Shown one piece after another: positions 10,769-22,102 of a stretch of 64,000 nt of DNA. Position 1 is the stretch's first letter; each line of letters opens with the position of its first letter. The translations under genes and the position numbers were made by a program. Source of the stretch: Eledone cirrhosa (Eukaryota); NCBI GenBank assembly GCA_964016885.1, contig OZ024763.1:25110001-25174000 (forward strand), read 5' to 3'. Under the pieces are notes generated by a model that saw only the letters and a list, made by a program, of their open reading frames with translations, was not told where the DNA came from and did not search any database.

Positions 10769-13700
10769 GGTAAAGATAGACTTAACTAAGGTGGAGAGAG
10801 AGGTGCAGGTGGAGAGGTGTAGGTGGAGGTAGTGGTAAAGATAGACTTAACTAAGGTGGAGAGAGAGGTGCAGGTGGAGAGGTGTAGGTGGAGGTAGTGG
10901 TAAAGATAGACTTAACTAAGGTGGAGAGAGAGGTGCAGGTGGAGAGGTGTAGGTGGAGGTAGTGGTAAAGATAGACTTAACTAAGGTGGAGAGAGAGGTG
11001 CAGGTGGAGAGGTGTAGGTGGAGGTAGTGGTAAAGATAGACTTAACTAAGGTGGAGAGGGAGGTGCAGGTGGAGAGGTGTAGGTGGAGGTAGTGGTAAAG
11101 ATAGACTTAACTAAGGTGGAGAGAGAGGTGCAGGTGGAGAGGTGTAGGTGGAGGTAGTGGTAAAGATAGACTTAACTAAGGTGGAGAGAGAGGTGCAGGT
11201 GGAGAGGTGTAGGTGGAGGTAGTGGTAAAGATAGACTTAACTAAGGTGGAGAGGGAGGTGCAGGTGGAGAGGTGTAGGTGGAGGTAGTGGTAAAGATAGA
11301 CTTAACTAAGGTGGAGAGGGAGGTGCAGGTGGAGAGGTGTAGGTGGAGGTAGTGGTAAAGATAGACTTAACTAAGGTGGAGAGAGAGGTGCAGGTGGAGA
11401 GGTGTAGGTGGAGGTAGTGGTAAAGATAGACTTAACTAAGGTGGAGAGGGAGGTGCAGGTGGAGAGGTGTAGGTGGAGGTAGTGGTAAAGATAGACTTAA
11501 CTAAGGTGGAGAGAGAGGTGCAGGTGGAGAGGTGTAGGTGGAGGTAGTGGTAAAGATAGACTTAACTAAGGTGGAGAGAGAGGTGCAGGTGGAGAGGTGT
11601 AGGTGGAGGTAGTGGTAAAGATAGACTTAACTAAGGTGGAGAGGGAGGTGCAGGTGGAGAGGTGTAGGTGGAGGTAGTGGTAAAGATAGACTTAACTAAG
11701 GTGGAGAGAGAGGTGCAGGTGGAGAGGTGTAGGTGGAGGTAGTGGTAAAGATAGACTTAACTAAGGTGGAGAGGGAGGTGCAGGTGGAGAGGTGTAGGTG
11801 GAGGTAGTGGTAAAGATAGACTTAACTAAGGTGGAGAGAGAGGTGCAGGTGGAGAGGTGTAGGTGGAGGTAGTGGTAAAGATAGACTTAACTAAGGTGGA
11901 GAGAGAGGTGCAGGTGGAGAGGTGTAGGTGGAGGTAGTGGTAAAGATAGACTTAACTAAGGTGGAGAGAGAGGTGCAGGTGGAGAGGTGTAGGTGGAGGT
12001 AGTGGTAAAGATAGACTTAACTAAGGTGGAGAGAGAGGTGCAGGTGGAGAGGTGTAGGTGGAGGTAGTGGTAAAGATAGACTTAACTAAGGTGGAGAGAG
12101 AGGTGCAGGTGGAGAGGTGTAGGTGGAGGTAGTGGTAAAGATAGACTTAACTAAGGTGGAGAGGGAGGTGCAGGTGGAGAGGTGTAGGTGGAGGTAGTGG
12201 TAAAGATAGACTTAACTAAGGTGGAGAGAGAGGTGCAGGTGGAGAGGTGTAGGTGGAGGTAGTGGTAAAGATAGACTTAACTAAGGTGGAGAGAGAGGTG
12301 CAGGTGGAGAGGTGTAGGTGGAGGTAGTGGTAAAGATAGACTTAACTAAGGTGGAGAGGGAGGTGCAGGTGGAGAGGTGTAGGTGGAGGTAGTGGTAAAG
12401 ATAGACTTAACTAAGGTGGAGAGGGAGGTGCAGGTGGAGAGGTGTAGGTGGAGGTAGTGGTAAAGATAGACTTAACTAAGGTGGAGAGAGAGGTGCAGGT
12501 GGAGAGGTGTAGGTGGAGGTAGTGGTAAAGATAGACTTAACTAAGGTGGAGAGGGAGGTGCAGGTGGAGAGGTGTAGGTGGAGGTAGTGGTAAAGATAGA
12601 CTTAACTAAGGTGGAGAGAGAGGTGCAGGTGGAGAGGTGTAGGTGGAGGTAGTGGTAAAGATAGACTTAACTAAGGTGGAGAGAGAGGTGCAGGTGGAGA
12701 GGTGTAGGTGGAGGTAGTGGTAAAGATAGACTTAACTAAGGTGGAGAGGGAGGTGCAGGTGGAGAGGTGTAGGTGGAGGTAGTGGTAAAGATAGACTTAA
12801 CTAAGGTGGAGAGAGAGGTGCAGGTGGAGAGGTGTAGGTGGAGGTAGTGGTAAAGATAGACTTAACTAAGGTGGAGAGGGAGGTGCAGGTGGAGAGGTGT
12901 AGGTGGAGGTAGTGGTAAAGATAGACTTAACTAAGGTGGAGAGAGAGGTGCAGGTGGAGAGGTGTAGGTGGAGGTAGTGGTAAAGATAGACTTAACTAAG
13001 GTGGAGAGAGAGGTGCAGGTGGAGAGGTGTAGGTGGAGGTAGTGGTAAAGATAGACTTAACTAAGGTGGAGAGAGAGGTGCAGGTGGAGAGGTGTAGGTG
13101 GAGGTAGTGGTAAAGATAGACTTAACTAAGGTGGAGAGAGAGGTGGAGGTGGAGAGGTGTAGGTGGAGGTAGTGGTAAAGATAGACTTAACTAAGGTGGA
13201 GAGAGAGGTGCAGGTGGAGAGGTGTAGGTGGAGGTAGTGGTAAAGATAGACTTAACTAAGGTGGAGAGAGAGGTGGAGGTAGTGGTAAAGATAGACTTAA
13301 CTAAGGTGGAGAGGGAGGTGCAGGTGGAGAGGTGTAGGTGGAGGTAGTGGTAAAGATAGACTTAACTAAGGTGGAGAGAGAGGTGCGGGTGGAGAGGTGT
13401 AGGTGGAGGTAGTGGTAAAGATAGACTTAACTAAGGTGGAGAGGGAGGTGCAGGTGGAGAGGTGGAGGTAGTGGTAAAGATAGACTTAACTAAGGTGGAG
13501 AGAGAGGTGGAGGTAGTGGTAAAGATAGACTTAACTAAGGTGGAGAGGGAGGTGCAGGTGGAGAGGTGGAGGTAGTGGTAAAGATAGACTTAACTAAGGT
13601 GGAGAGAGAGGTGGAGGTGGAGAGGTGTAGGTGGAGGTAGTGGTAAAGATAGACTTAACTAAGGTGGAGAGAGAGGTGCAGGTGGAGAGGTGGAGGTAGT

Positions 13701-14879
13701 GGTAAAGATAGACTTAACTAAGGTGGAGAGAGAGGTGGAGGTGGAGAGGTGTAGGTGGAGGTAGTGGTAAAGATAGACTTAACTAAGGTGGAGAGAGAGG
13801 TGCAGGTGGAGAGGTGTAGGTGGAGGTAGTGGTAAAGATAGACTTAACTAAGGTGGAGAGAGAGGTGCAGGTGGAGAGGTGTAGGTGGAGGTAGTGGTAA
13901 AGATAGACTTAACTAAGGTGGAGAGGGAGGTGCAGGTGGAGAGGTGTAGGTGGAGGTAGTGGTAAAGATAGACTTAACTAAGGTGGAGAGAGAGGTGCGG
14001 GTGGAGAGGTGTAGGTGGAGGTAGTGGTAAAGATAGACTTAACTAAGGTGGAGAGGGAGGTGCAGGTGGAGAGGTGTAGGTGGAGGTAGTGGTAAAGATA
14101 GACTTAACTAAGGTGGAGAGAGAGGTGCAGGTGGAGAGGTGTAGGTGGAGGTAGTGGTAAAGATAGACTTAACTAAGGTGGAGAGAGAGGTGCAGGTGGA
14201 GAGGTGTAGGTGGAGGTAGTGGTAAAGATAGACTTAACTAAGGTGGAGAGAGAGGTGTAGGTGGAGGTAGTGGTAAAGATAGACTTAACTAAGGTGGAGA
14301 GAGAGGTGCAGGTGGAGAGGTGTAGGTGGAGGTAGTGGTAAAGATAGACTTAACTAAGGTGGAGAGAGAGGTGCGGGTGGAGAGGTGTAGGTGGAGGTAG
14401 TGGTAAAGATAGACTTAACTAAGGTGGAGAGGGAGGTGCAGGTGGAGAGGTGTAGGTGGAGGTAGTGGTAAAGATAGACTTAACTAAGGTGGAGAGAGAG
14501 GTGTAGGTGGAGGTAGTGGTAAAGATAGACTTAACTAAGGTGGAGAGAGAGGTGCAGGTGGAGAGGTGGAGGTAGTGGTAAAGATAGACTTAACTAAGGT
14601 GGAGAGGGAGGTGCAGGTGGAGAGGTGTAGGTGGAGGTAGTGGTAAAGATAGACTTAACTAAGGTGGAGAGAGAGGTGCAGGTGGAGAGGTGGAGGTAGT
14701 GGTAAAGATAGACTTAACTAAGGTGGAGAGGGAGGTGCAGGTGGAGAGGTGTAGGTGGAGGTAGTGGTAAAGATAGACTTAACTAAGGTGGAGAGAGAGG
14801 TGCAGGTGGAGAGGTGGAGGTAGTGGTAAAGATAGACTTAACTAAGGTGGAGAGGGAGGTGCAGGTGGAGAGGTGTAGG
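10769..14879 (+). repeat. 65-bp G-rich minisatellite, about 65 copies
   Basis: Unit taaagatagacttaactaaggtggagag(a/g)gaggtgcaggtggagaggtgtaggtggaggtagtgg, starting at 10771, 10836 and so on. Internally deleted units appear after about 13250. Confidence 0.95.
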
Positions 14880-15288
14880 AGGTGCTGGAGAGGTGGTGGA
14901 GGAGGTGGTGTATCTACCTAACTACATATCTATCTACATACCTACCTACCTATCTCTCTCTCTCTCTATCTATCTACCTATCTCTTTCTATATATCTATC
15001 TATCTACCTATCTCTCTCTATCTCTATTTATGTATCTATCTATTTACCTCTCTCTTAATCTAGCTGTCGTCTGTTCTACAGTGTGGATGTCATTCACTTC
15101 GCACAGAAGTTTTGTTCAAATTTATTGAGGAAATTTTGTGAGTTCAAACTTAATTTTGATACAATTGTGTAGCTTGACCCTCCGTCTGAACTGTCAGGCG
15201 GTGGGTCAGCTCAACTTTACCCCTCCTAGAGGTGAAAAACCTGTTTTAAAAAAAATTTTGTGTAAAAAATTTCAATCGTCTAACAGAA

Positions 15289-17166
15289 ATGTTAAACGCA
15301 GCGAACGAAAATAGTGGTGGGGGGACAGCGGTAAGAGTTGTAAGCTCGCACGCTTTAGTCCTCCCTTCCTTCCCAACTAACGTCATAGAGAAGGAAGGAA
15401 AAATGAAAATAAAAACGGACGAATCTGCGGAGGAAAAATTAAATGTCGAAAACAACGAAGAAAAAAAATTTGAAAAATTGCATGACAATACTAATAACAC
15501 AAACAAAGACACAACAAACAAAAAAATAACAGTTGAAAATAACATAACATCAGAAAACAAAGCAGACGACAAGATTTCATTTGCACAGAAAACAAAGAAA
15601 TCTTTGACTTATATAGCGGAAAACATTTCAGATGTGGTACGAAGGATCACGGACGCAAAACAATACATAAGTGAAGGTGAGAATGGTATTTTATTGGTAA
15701 AAATGCCTCAAGAATTCACGAAAGACATTGAAAGCCGAACGGTCAAGTTTCGGACCATCAACAACAGTACAAAAAAACCTGAACAGCCTTCTCAAGCAGA
15801 TATCAAAACAGTACTCGCAGAAGTACTGAATGAAACAACTTTCATAAGAAAAGACAGACTGTATGGAAGCCTAGCAATTATCATGAAGAACGAATCGGCG
15901 GCAAAAAAATGTGCTTTGTCACCGATTCGTTCGAAAAATTTCACCTTTTATCCATCTTATATGGGAAAAAAAACTCAACGCATATGGCTGGATGCAATGA
16001 TGCCAGATGTGGACTACTGCTGGCTCATAGCTGGCTTCATCGATCCAGTGAATGACAACGTGATTTCCATTGGGAAAACCACAGGCAATGCGTTCAGTGG
16101 AACAGGTATAGAGCTGGTAGTACAAATGAAGCCTGAACGCATCGCCCAAATACCCGACAGAATCCTATTAGAGGACCACGGGTATATAAACATTAGCGTG
16201 GAGGGGAGAAGGCCGTCCTGCCATATCTGTGCAGGCAGAGGGCACCTGAAGGCCGCTTGTCCCCAACTCAACAAAAAGAAAACCCTGCTACCAACACCAG
16301 CTCCACCACCACCATCACAACAGATAAACAAACAACAAAACTCAGTCCCACCCAACCCGTCCCTCAGTAACACCACAACACCACCACAACACAAACAGTC
16401 ACAACACATTACCCCAAAACAAAATACAGGCCCACCCAACCTCTCACTCAATAAAACAACACAACCACCGCAGACACAACACACAACACAGTCTAACATA
16501 GTGACATCCATCTCCCCCACAAAGAAAACCAACACGGAAACATTACCAGCAAACATACCTCTTCCCTCCAACACTGAAGATAACCCAACGAATTCGGAGG
16601 AAGAAACGGAGTCCTTCAGACAGATTAAAAGGAAAAAAAGAAAACATGTGCAAAACACACAAGGACAAACAACCCCCACCCAAATCGCAACACAATCTAA
16701 CAAAACAGAAAACACCCCTCCAGCAACAAACAAAACCAAACCTGCCCCTCCCCTCTTCGAAACACTCACACCATCGGAAAAAAAGACATTACACTATACT
16801 TACATCAACAGAAACAATAATAAATTAAATGAACTCATATACAATAATCCTTCGGTACAAACCGAAGGTGTAAACTTTGTTTCATCAGAAAACCACCCAC
16901 ATTTAAAACTAATAAAAATCCCAATGAACCTCTACCAAAAACTAAAAAAGGATTTTAAGGAGGACGTAGGACCACCCTCTGTCAAACCCATAAACCGCGT
17001 CCTACTAAAAAGCTTTCCCCCTCCCCTTCCCCTCCCCAACACAACTCCAAACACCCCAACCCCACCACACACCGACGACCCCACACCACCACAAGACACC
17101 CCTTCACCCAACACCCCCGACCCCATGGAAGTCGTGCAACCCGAACCCCGGGAAGCGGAAAGGTAG
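15289..17166 (+). CDS. ORF1 (gag-like nucleic-acid-binding protein) of the Tx1-like element, 625 aa
   Basis: Intact ORF with a CCHC knuckle CHICAGRGHLKAAC and a Pro/Thr/Gln-rich C-terminal half, ending 33 nt upstream of ORF2. Confidence 0.85.
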   Translation: MLNAANENSGGGTAVRVVSSHALVLPSFPTNVIEKEGKMKIKTDESAEEKLNVENNEEKKFEKLHDNTNNTNKDTTNKKITVENNITSENKADDKISFAQKTKKSLTYIAENISDVVRRITDAKQYISEGENGILLVKMPQEFTKDIESRTVKFRTINNSTKKPEQPSQADIKTVLAEVLNETTFIRKDRLYGSLAIIMKNESAAKKCALSPIRSKNFTFYPSYMGKKTQRIWLDAMMPDVDYCWLIAGFIDPVNDNVISIGKTTGNAFSGTGIELVVQMKPERIAQIPDRILLEDHGYINISVEGRRPSCHICAGRGHLKAACPQLNKKKTLLPTPAPPPPSQQINKQQNSVPPNPSLSNTTTPPQHKQSQHITPKQNTGPPNLSLNKTTQPPQTQHTTQSNIVTSISPTKKTNTETLPANIPLPSNTEDNPTNSEEETESFRQIKRKKRKHVQNTQGQTTPTQIATQSNKTENTPPATNKTKPAPPLFETLTPSEKKTLHYTYINRNNNKLNELIYNNPSVQTEGVNFVSSENHPHLKLIKIPMNLYQKLKKDFKEDVGPPSVKPINRVLLKSFPPPLPLPNTTPNTPTPPHTDDPTPPQDTPSPNTPDPMEVVQPEPREAER

Positions 17167-17199
17167 GTCTCTACACTCTCCTTTGGCTCTGCCGCCCAC

Positions 17200-20100
17200 A
17201 TGGATGTGTTAAGAGTAGGATGTTTGAATGCACGTGGCCTGGGCTCAACTTGGAAGCAAGCAAAGCTTCTAAATGACCTCAGGTCATGTAGTATAAATGT
17301 AATGGTTATCTGTGAGACTCGAATCAGCGTCATGCGGCAGCTGGCCCCCACCTTCGATGACTTTGAGGTGCATGCATCTCTCTGTCAACCTGGAGGTGGG
17401 GGTGGGGTTGTCGTGCTGATGCAAAAACACCTGGGTCTTGCCGTACAGGTTGTGCACTCGGACCCGGAGGGTCGTTTGTTGGTGCTAGACGTTGGCAGTA
17501 GTGAAAGTGCGGCCTTGAGACTGGTCGCCGTCTACTCCCCTTTCGGAGCTGAACGGCCCGACTTCTTCCAGCGTTTGGAGACTTTTCTGGGAACGTCGCG
17601 TTCCCTGCTTCTAGCGGGGGATTGGAATGACATCCTAGATGCACGTTGGGACTATGCAGGAGCATGTCCTAATAGAGGGGGGGTGTAACAGCCTCAAGGG
17701 GTTACTCGACCGTTTTAACTTGGTCGATAGATATCGACTAGATTTTCCAACTGTGCCTACCTGGACTTGGAGAAACCACAGTGGTCAATCTAGATCGTAC
17801 TTAGATAGATTCTTAGTTAGAAGTAAGGATAGGGACATATTAAGCTGTCCAGAAATGCGCACGGTTGGCTACACGGATCACAAATTAGTGACCTGCGTGG
17901 TCAATCTCGAGAAAACACATAGACAGGGTCCCGGTTACTGGAAACTTAATTTGTCTTTACCGGCAAAAGAGACTTACAGAAACCGGATTAGCAGATTAGT
18001 TAAGGAGAGGTTGACGGGTGCAATCGTCAACAACCGATGGTGGGCATCTCTCAAAAGAGAGATTAGAACAGAATCAATAAGTTATAGCAAGATGTTAGCT
18101 GCCAATAGGAATAGAAACGAGAAAGAATTAACAGGTAAATTAGAAGAGGCAATCAAGAGCGAAGATGTGGCCAGAGTGCTGGCATCGAGGACGGCCTTGA
18201 ACCAGTTTTTCGATGCAAAGCATGAAGGCTGCGTCATTCGAAGTAAAATACGTGCTCTAGGTAATGAGGGGGCCAAAGCCGTTGGATGGGCCCGCGTGAC
18301 AGAAGCTAAAAGTGGAAATCGATCCACCATCCGGTCGTTGCAAGACGAAGATGGACGAGTGATCCGGGAGCCTAAGCAGATGTGCGAGGCCTTTCAAAAG
18401 CACTTTGCCCGATTGTTCGGGGGAGGCGAGGGTCCGGGCCGGGGCGTGGATTTCGGTCCATACCTCGACGGCCTGCCGCGTCTCTCGAACAAAGAGGCGG
18501 AGTCCTGCGAGGGACCAATCTCGGCTGATGAGATCGGAGATGCGCTGAGCCAATGCAGCAGACGCAAATCTCCAGGTCTCGATGGTATACCTTACGAACT
18601 TTATTTAGCAATGCCGGTCTTCTTCTCCGAACTCCTCGAAGCGGTCTACTGCAATTGGCAGCAGAACGGGAGAATTCCTTGTTCTGTAGCCAAGGGCGTA
18701 GTCACGCTGGTGAGGAAGGACGAGAACAAGGGGGATAGTATAAATAATTTTCGGCCCATAACCCTGCTAAACACAGAGTTAAAGATTTTGGCCAAGGTGT
18801 TAGCAAAGAGGTTGGCGCTTGTCGTGGGTGGCCTGGTGGGAGATGCGCAGACATGTGCTATCCCATCCAGGTCCATTCACGATAACCTCCACCTCATGCG
18901 ATACATCATAGAGAGGGTTGGCAACAAACCCGGCTTCGGTGGGGCCCTGATCAACTTGGATCAGTCTAAGGCCTTCGATAGGGTCGACCATGGTTACCTG
19001 GATGCGGTGCTAGCGGCGGCTGGGTTCGGTCCTGTTTTCAGAGGCTGGATCACTGCCCTACATAGCAACCACATCTGTTCTAGGATCAAGGTGAACGGCT
19101 ACCTTTCGAAGCCGTTCGAAATCACACGATCCATTCGACAGGGGTGCCCTCTCTCCTCCCTTCTGTACGTATTGACTCTCGAGCCTTTACTGAGGAAGTT
19201 GGAGTTGTTGCAGGGTATCCCCCTGGAACCAGGATTGAGCAAAGCGGTGTCGGCCTACGCCGATGACGTAACAGTAATGGTATCAACCGACTCGGAGATC
19301 GAGGCGATCGGTACCTTACTGGAGGAGTACGAAAGGTTGTCAGGAGCGAAACTGAACCGGGAAAAATCCATCGGGCTGCAACTCGGAACGTGGAGAGGCA
19401 GACCGATGCCTCCCGATGGTGTCGTCGGACACTGGACGGAGGGCCCGGTAAAGTTGCTTGGGGTCTGGTTTGGACCGGACCTCCAGGTGGAAAAGAACTG
19501 GAACGAGGTTACGAACAAGGTGTTTGCACTAACCCAGAAATGGGCCAAGTGTAAGCTGTCCCTAAAAGGCCGGGCGGAGGTGGCGAACATTTACATAGCG
19601 TCCGTCACTTACTACCGCCTGACTGTCGTGCCTTGCCCTAAGGAAACACTCACCACCATGGAACGCATGCTCTTCCAATTTCTTTGGAAGAAGCGTCCTC
19701 CTATGGTGAGAAGATCCATCTGCTGCCAACAACCTTCGAAAGGAGGGCTGGGGATGCCGTGGTTGATGATGCGTAGGCACGCATTAAGGCTACGGCACCT
19801 ACAGGTATTCCTCACCGGTCAACCGGTGTGGGCTCCGTTCGTGAAACGAGCCTTTCCGAGACTCGTCTCACTCACCGAGCTACAGTCCTGGGTCAAGCAA
19901 AGATCCGGAAAACTGGGAGACTGGCACACTGAGTGTGCTCAGGCGCTCAGGGCTCTCTGGCAAGCGGGCCGGGCCATCGGTGGAGAATCCACCTCATCAT
20001 TCTATAGAGGGCTGGTGGCTAGCAGGGGCGATGACACCCTTGGAGAGTCGCTGGACATGGAAGAAGACGAACTGGCCAGCCTGTTCGGTAGGACTTTCGG

Positions 20101-20638
20101 CCCAGGACCAATGGACAACTTCCAGAAGTCACTGGCCTGGCAGTGCTACCGAGGGGCTCTACCCGTTCGAGAGAGGCTCTACAGACACGGGCGCCCGGGC
20201 AGGGATCCCTCAAAAAAGATTTGCCCTAGATGCGTGCGTCACGAAGAAACCGTGGCGCACGCATTGGTGCAATGTCCGGGCGTGGCTGATCTGTGGGGCT
20301 ACGCCGAACAACTGCTGTCGCGGGTGGCGCCGATTAAATTGACAGCCGAGTCCGTGATGACAATCAAACCGCCTCCCCTCTTCACAAAGGAAGCAAAGGC
20401 GGTTTTTCTGTGCGTAATAGCCATGTTGAAAGAGGTTGTTTGGTGGACACGATTGAAAGGTCTGAGGTCAGGCAACTTCCTCTCTGGCCATAGTCTGGTC
20501 TACTTCTTCCGATATCACTTCGGAAGAAGGATAAGAATGGAGAGAGAGGTGCTTGGCCACAGGCAGTTTTATGAAAGGTGGGTGATAGTGGCGAGAATGG
20601 CTCGTGTAAATGGGCCTTCTCTGTATACCATCCTGTAG
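17200..20638 (+). CDS. ORF2: APE endonuclease, reverse transcriptase and C-terminal zinc finger; +1 frameshift at G7 run 17677-17683
   Basis: APE motifs LNARGL, ICETR, VYSP, AGDWN, SYLDRFLV, TDHKLV; Tx1/L1-type GPGYWKLN; RT motifs KSPGLDG, NFRPITLLN, DQSKAFDRV, RQGCPLS, AYADD; C-terminal CPRC..EETVAHALVQC. Deleting one G joins ORFs 17200-17688 and 17639-20638 (NRGG|CNSLKGLL). Confidence 0.9.
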
Positions 20639-20874
20639 GTAAAGAAGTAAAGGAGAGGGGGGCACCTTCTCCATGTGCTCCCCGGGCAAAGGATTGCACA
20701 CTTTTTCGGGGGTGTGTGCAACCCCCATCACGTCCCCTCCCTTTTGAGGTTATTTTCGATTATTTTCATGTTACACCCTTTTTACTCGATTATATGTAAA
20801 CTCCCCCTTTGTATTTGTCCCTTCTTTTTATGCCTTTATGGTAAATAAAGAAATCTATCTATTTACCTCTCTCT

Positions 20875-22102
20875 TCCAATTCCTTTGGAAGAGGCGGGCT
20901 CCTATGGTGAGGAGATCCATCTGCTGTCAACACCCTTCGAAAGGAGGGCTGGGGATGCCGTGGCTAATGATGCGTAAACACGCATTAAGGCTACGGCACC
21001 TCTACGTATTCCTCACCGGACAACCGGTGTGGGCCTCGTTTGTGAGACGAACCTTTCCCAGACTCGTCTCACTCACCGAGCTGCAATCCTGGGTCAAGCA
21101 AAGACCAAGAAAACTGGGCGCCTGTCACACTGAGTGTGCCCAGGCGCTCACCGCCCTCTGGCAGGCGGATCCGGTTATCAGTGGAGACTCCACCGCAACA
21201 TTCTATAGAGGGCTGGTACGCAGCAGGTGCGACGACGCCCTCGGAGAAGCCCTAGACATGGAGGAGGACGAACTGGCCAGCCTGTTCGGTAGGACATTCA
21301 GCCCGGGACCTATGGACAACTTCCAGAAGTCCCTGGCCTGGCAGTGCTACCGAGGGGCTTTACCCGTTCGAGAAAGGCTCTACAGACACGGGCGCCCGGG
21401 TAGGGACCCCGCCAAAAAGATCTGTCCCAGATGCGTGTGCGACGAGGAAACCGTTGCACACGCATTGGTACACTGCTCGGGCGTAGCCGATCTGTGGGGC
21501 TATGTCGAACAACTGCTGTCAAGGGTGGGACCGATCCGGTTGACCACCGAGTCTATTGTAATGATCAAGCCGCCTCCCCCCTTCAAAGATGAAGCAGAGG
21601 CGGTGTTTCTGTGCGTAATAGCCATGGCGAAAGAGGTTGTATGGTGGACGCGTCTGAAAGGACTGAGGTCAGGCACCTTTCTCTCTGGCCAACAACTGGT
21701 CCGTTTCTTCCGATATCATTTCGGAAGAAGGATCAGGATGGAGAGAGAGGTGCTGCACCCCAGCCGTTTCTATGAAAGATGGGTGAAAGTGGCGAGAATG
21801 GCCCGTGTGAATGGGCCTTCACTCTACATCAGACTATAGGTGAGGAAGATGAAAGACCAAGGGAGCACCCCTTTCTGTGCTCCTGAGGAGAAGGGTTGCA
21901 CACTTTTTTCGGGGGTGTGTGCGACCCCCCAAGGCGCCTCCTCTCTATTGAGGATTTTGTTATAAATTTTATTTTTTGTTATATCTTATTTTATTTTTAT
22001 ATTTTGTTATTGCCTCCTCCTTATTGAGGACGCCTTTGTGTGTAAACTCCCCCCTTTGTACTTGTCCCACTTTTGATGCCCTAGTGGCAAATAAAAGAAA
22101 CA
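20875..22102 (+). mobile_element. 5'-truncated second copy (diverged subfamily) of the same Tx1-like element
   Basis: ORF 20838-21839 aligns with the ORF2 C-terminus from FQFLWK onward with many substitutions. Its 3' UTR is similar and ends ggcaaataaaagaaac, followed by tatctatttacctctctct. Confidence 0.92.

Larger units (their letters stand above)
15056..20852 (+). mobile_element. Apparently full-length Tx1-clade (L1 group) non-LTR retrotransposon with 22-bp target site duplication
   Basis: 5' UTR, ORF1, ORF2 (APE-RT-CCHC) and 3' UTR ending ggtaaataaagaa; flanked by atctatctatttacctctctct at 15034-15055 and 20853-20874. Confidence 0.92.

Noticed and set aside
16014-20731. Antisense and alternative-frame ORFs within the Tx1 element
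   Set aside because: Shadow ORFs of the real ORF1/ORF2 with no motifs.
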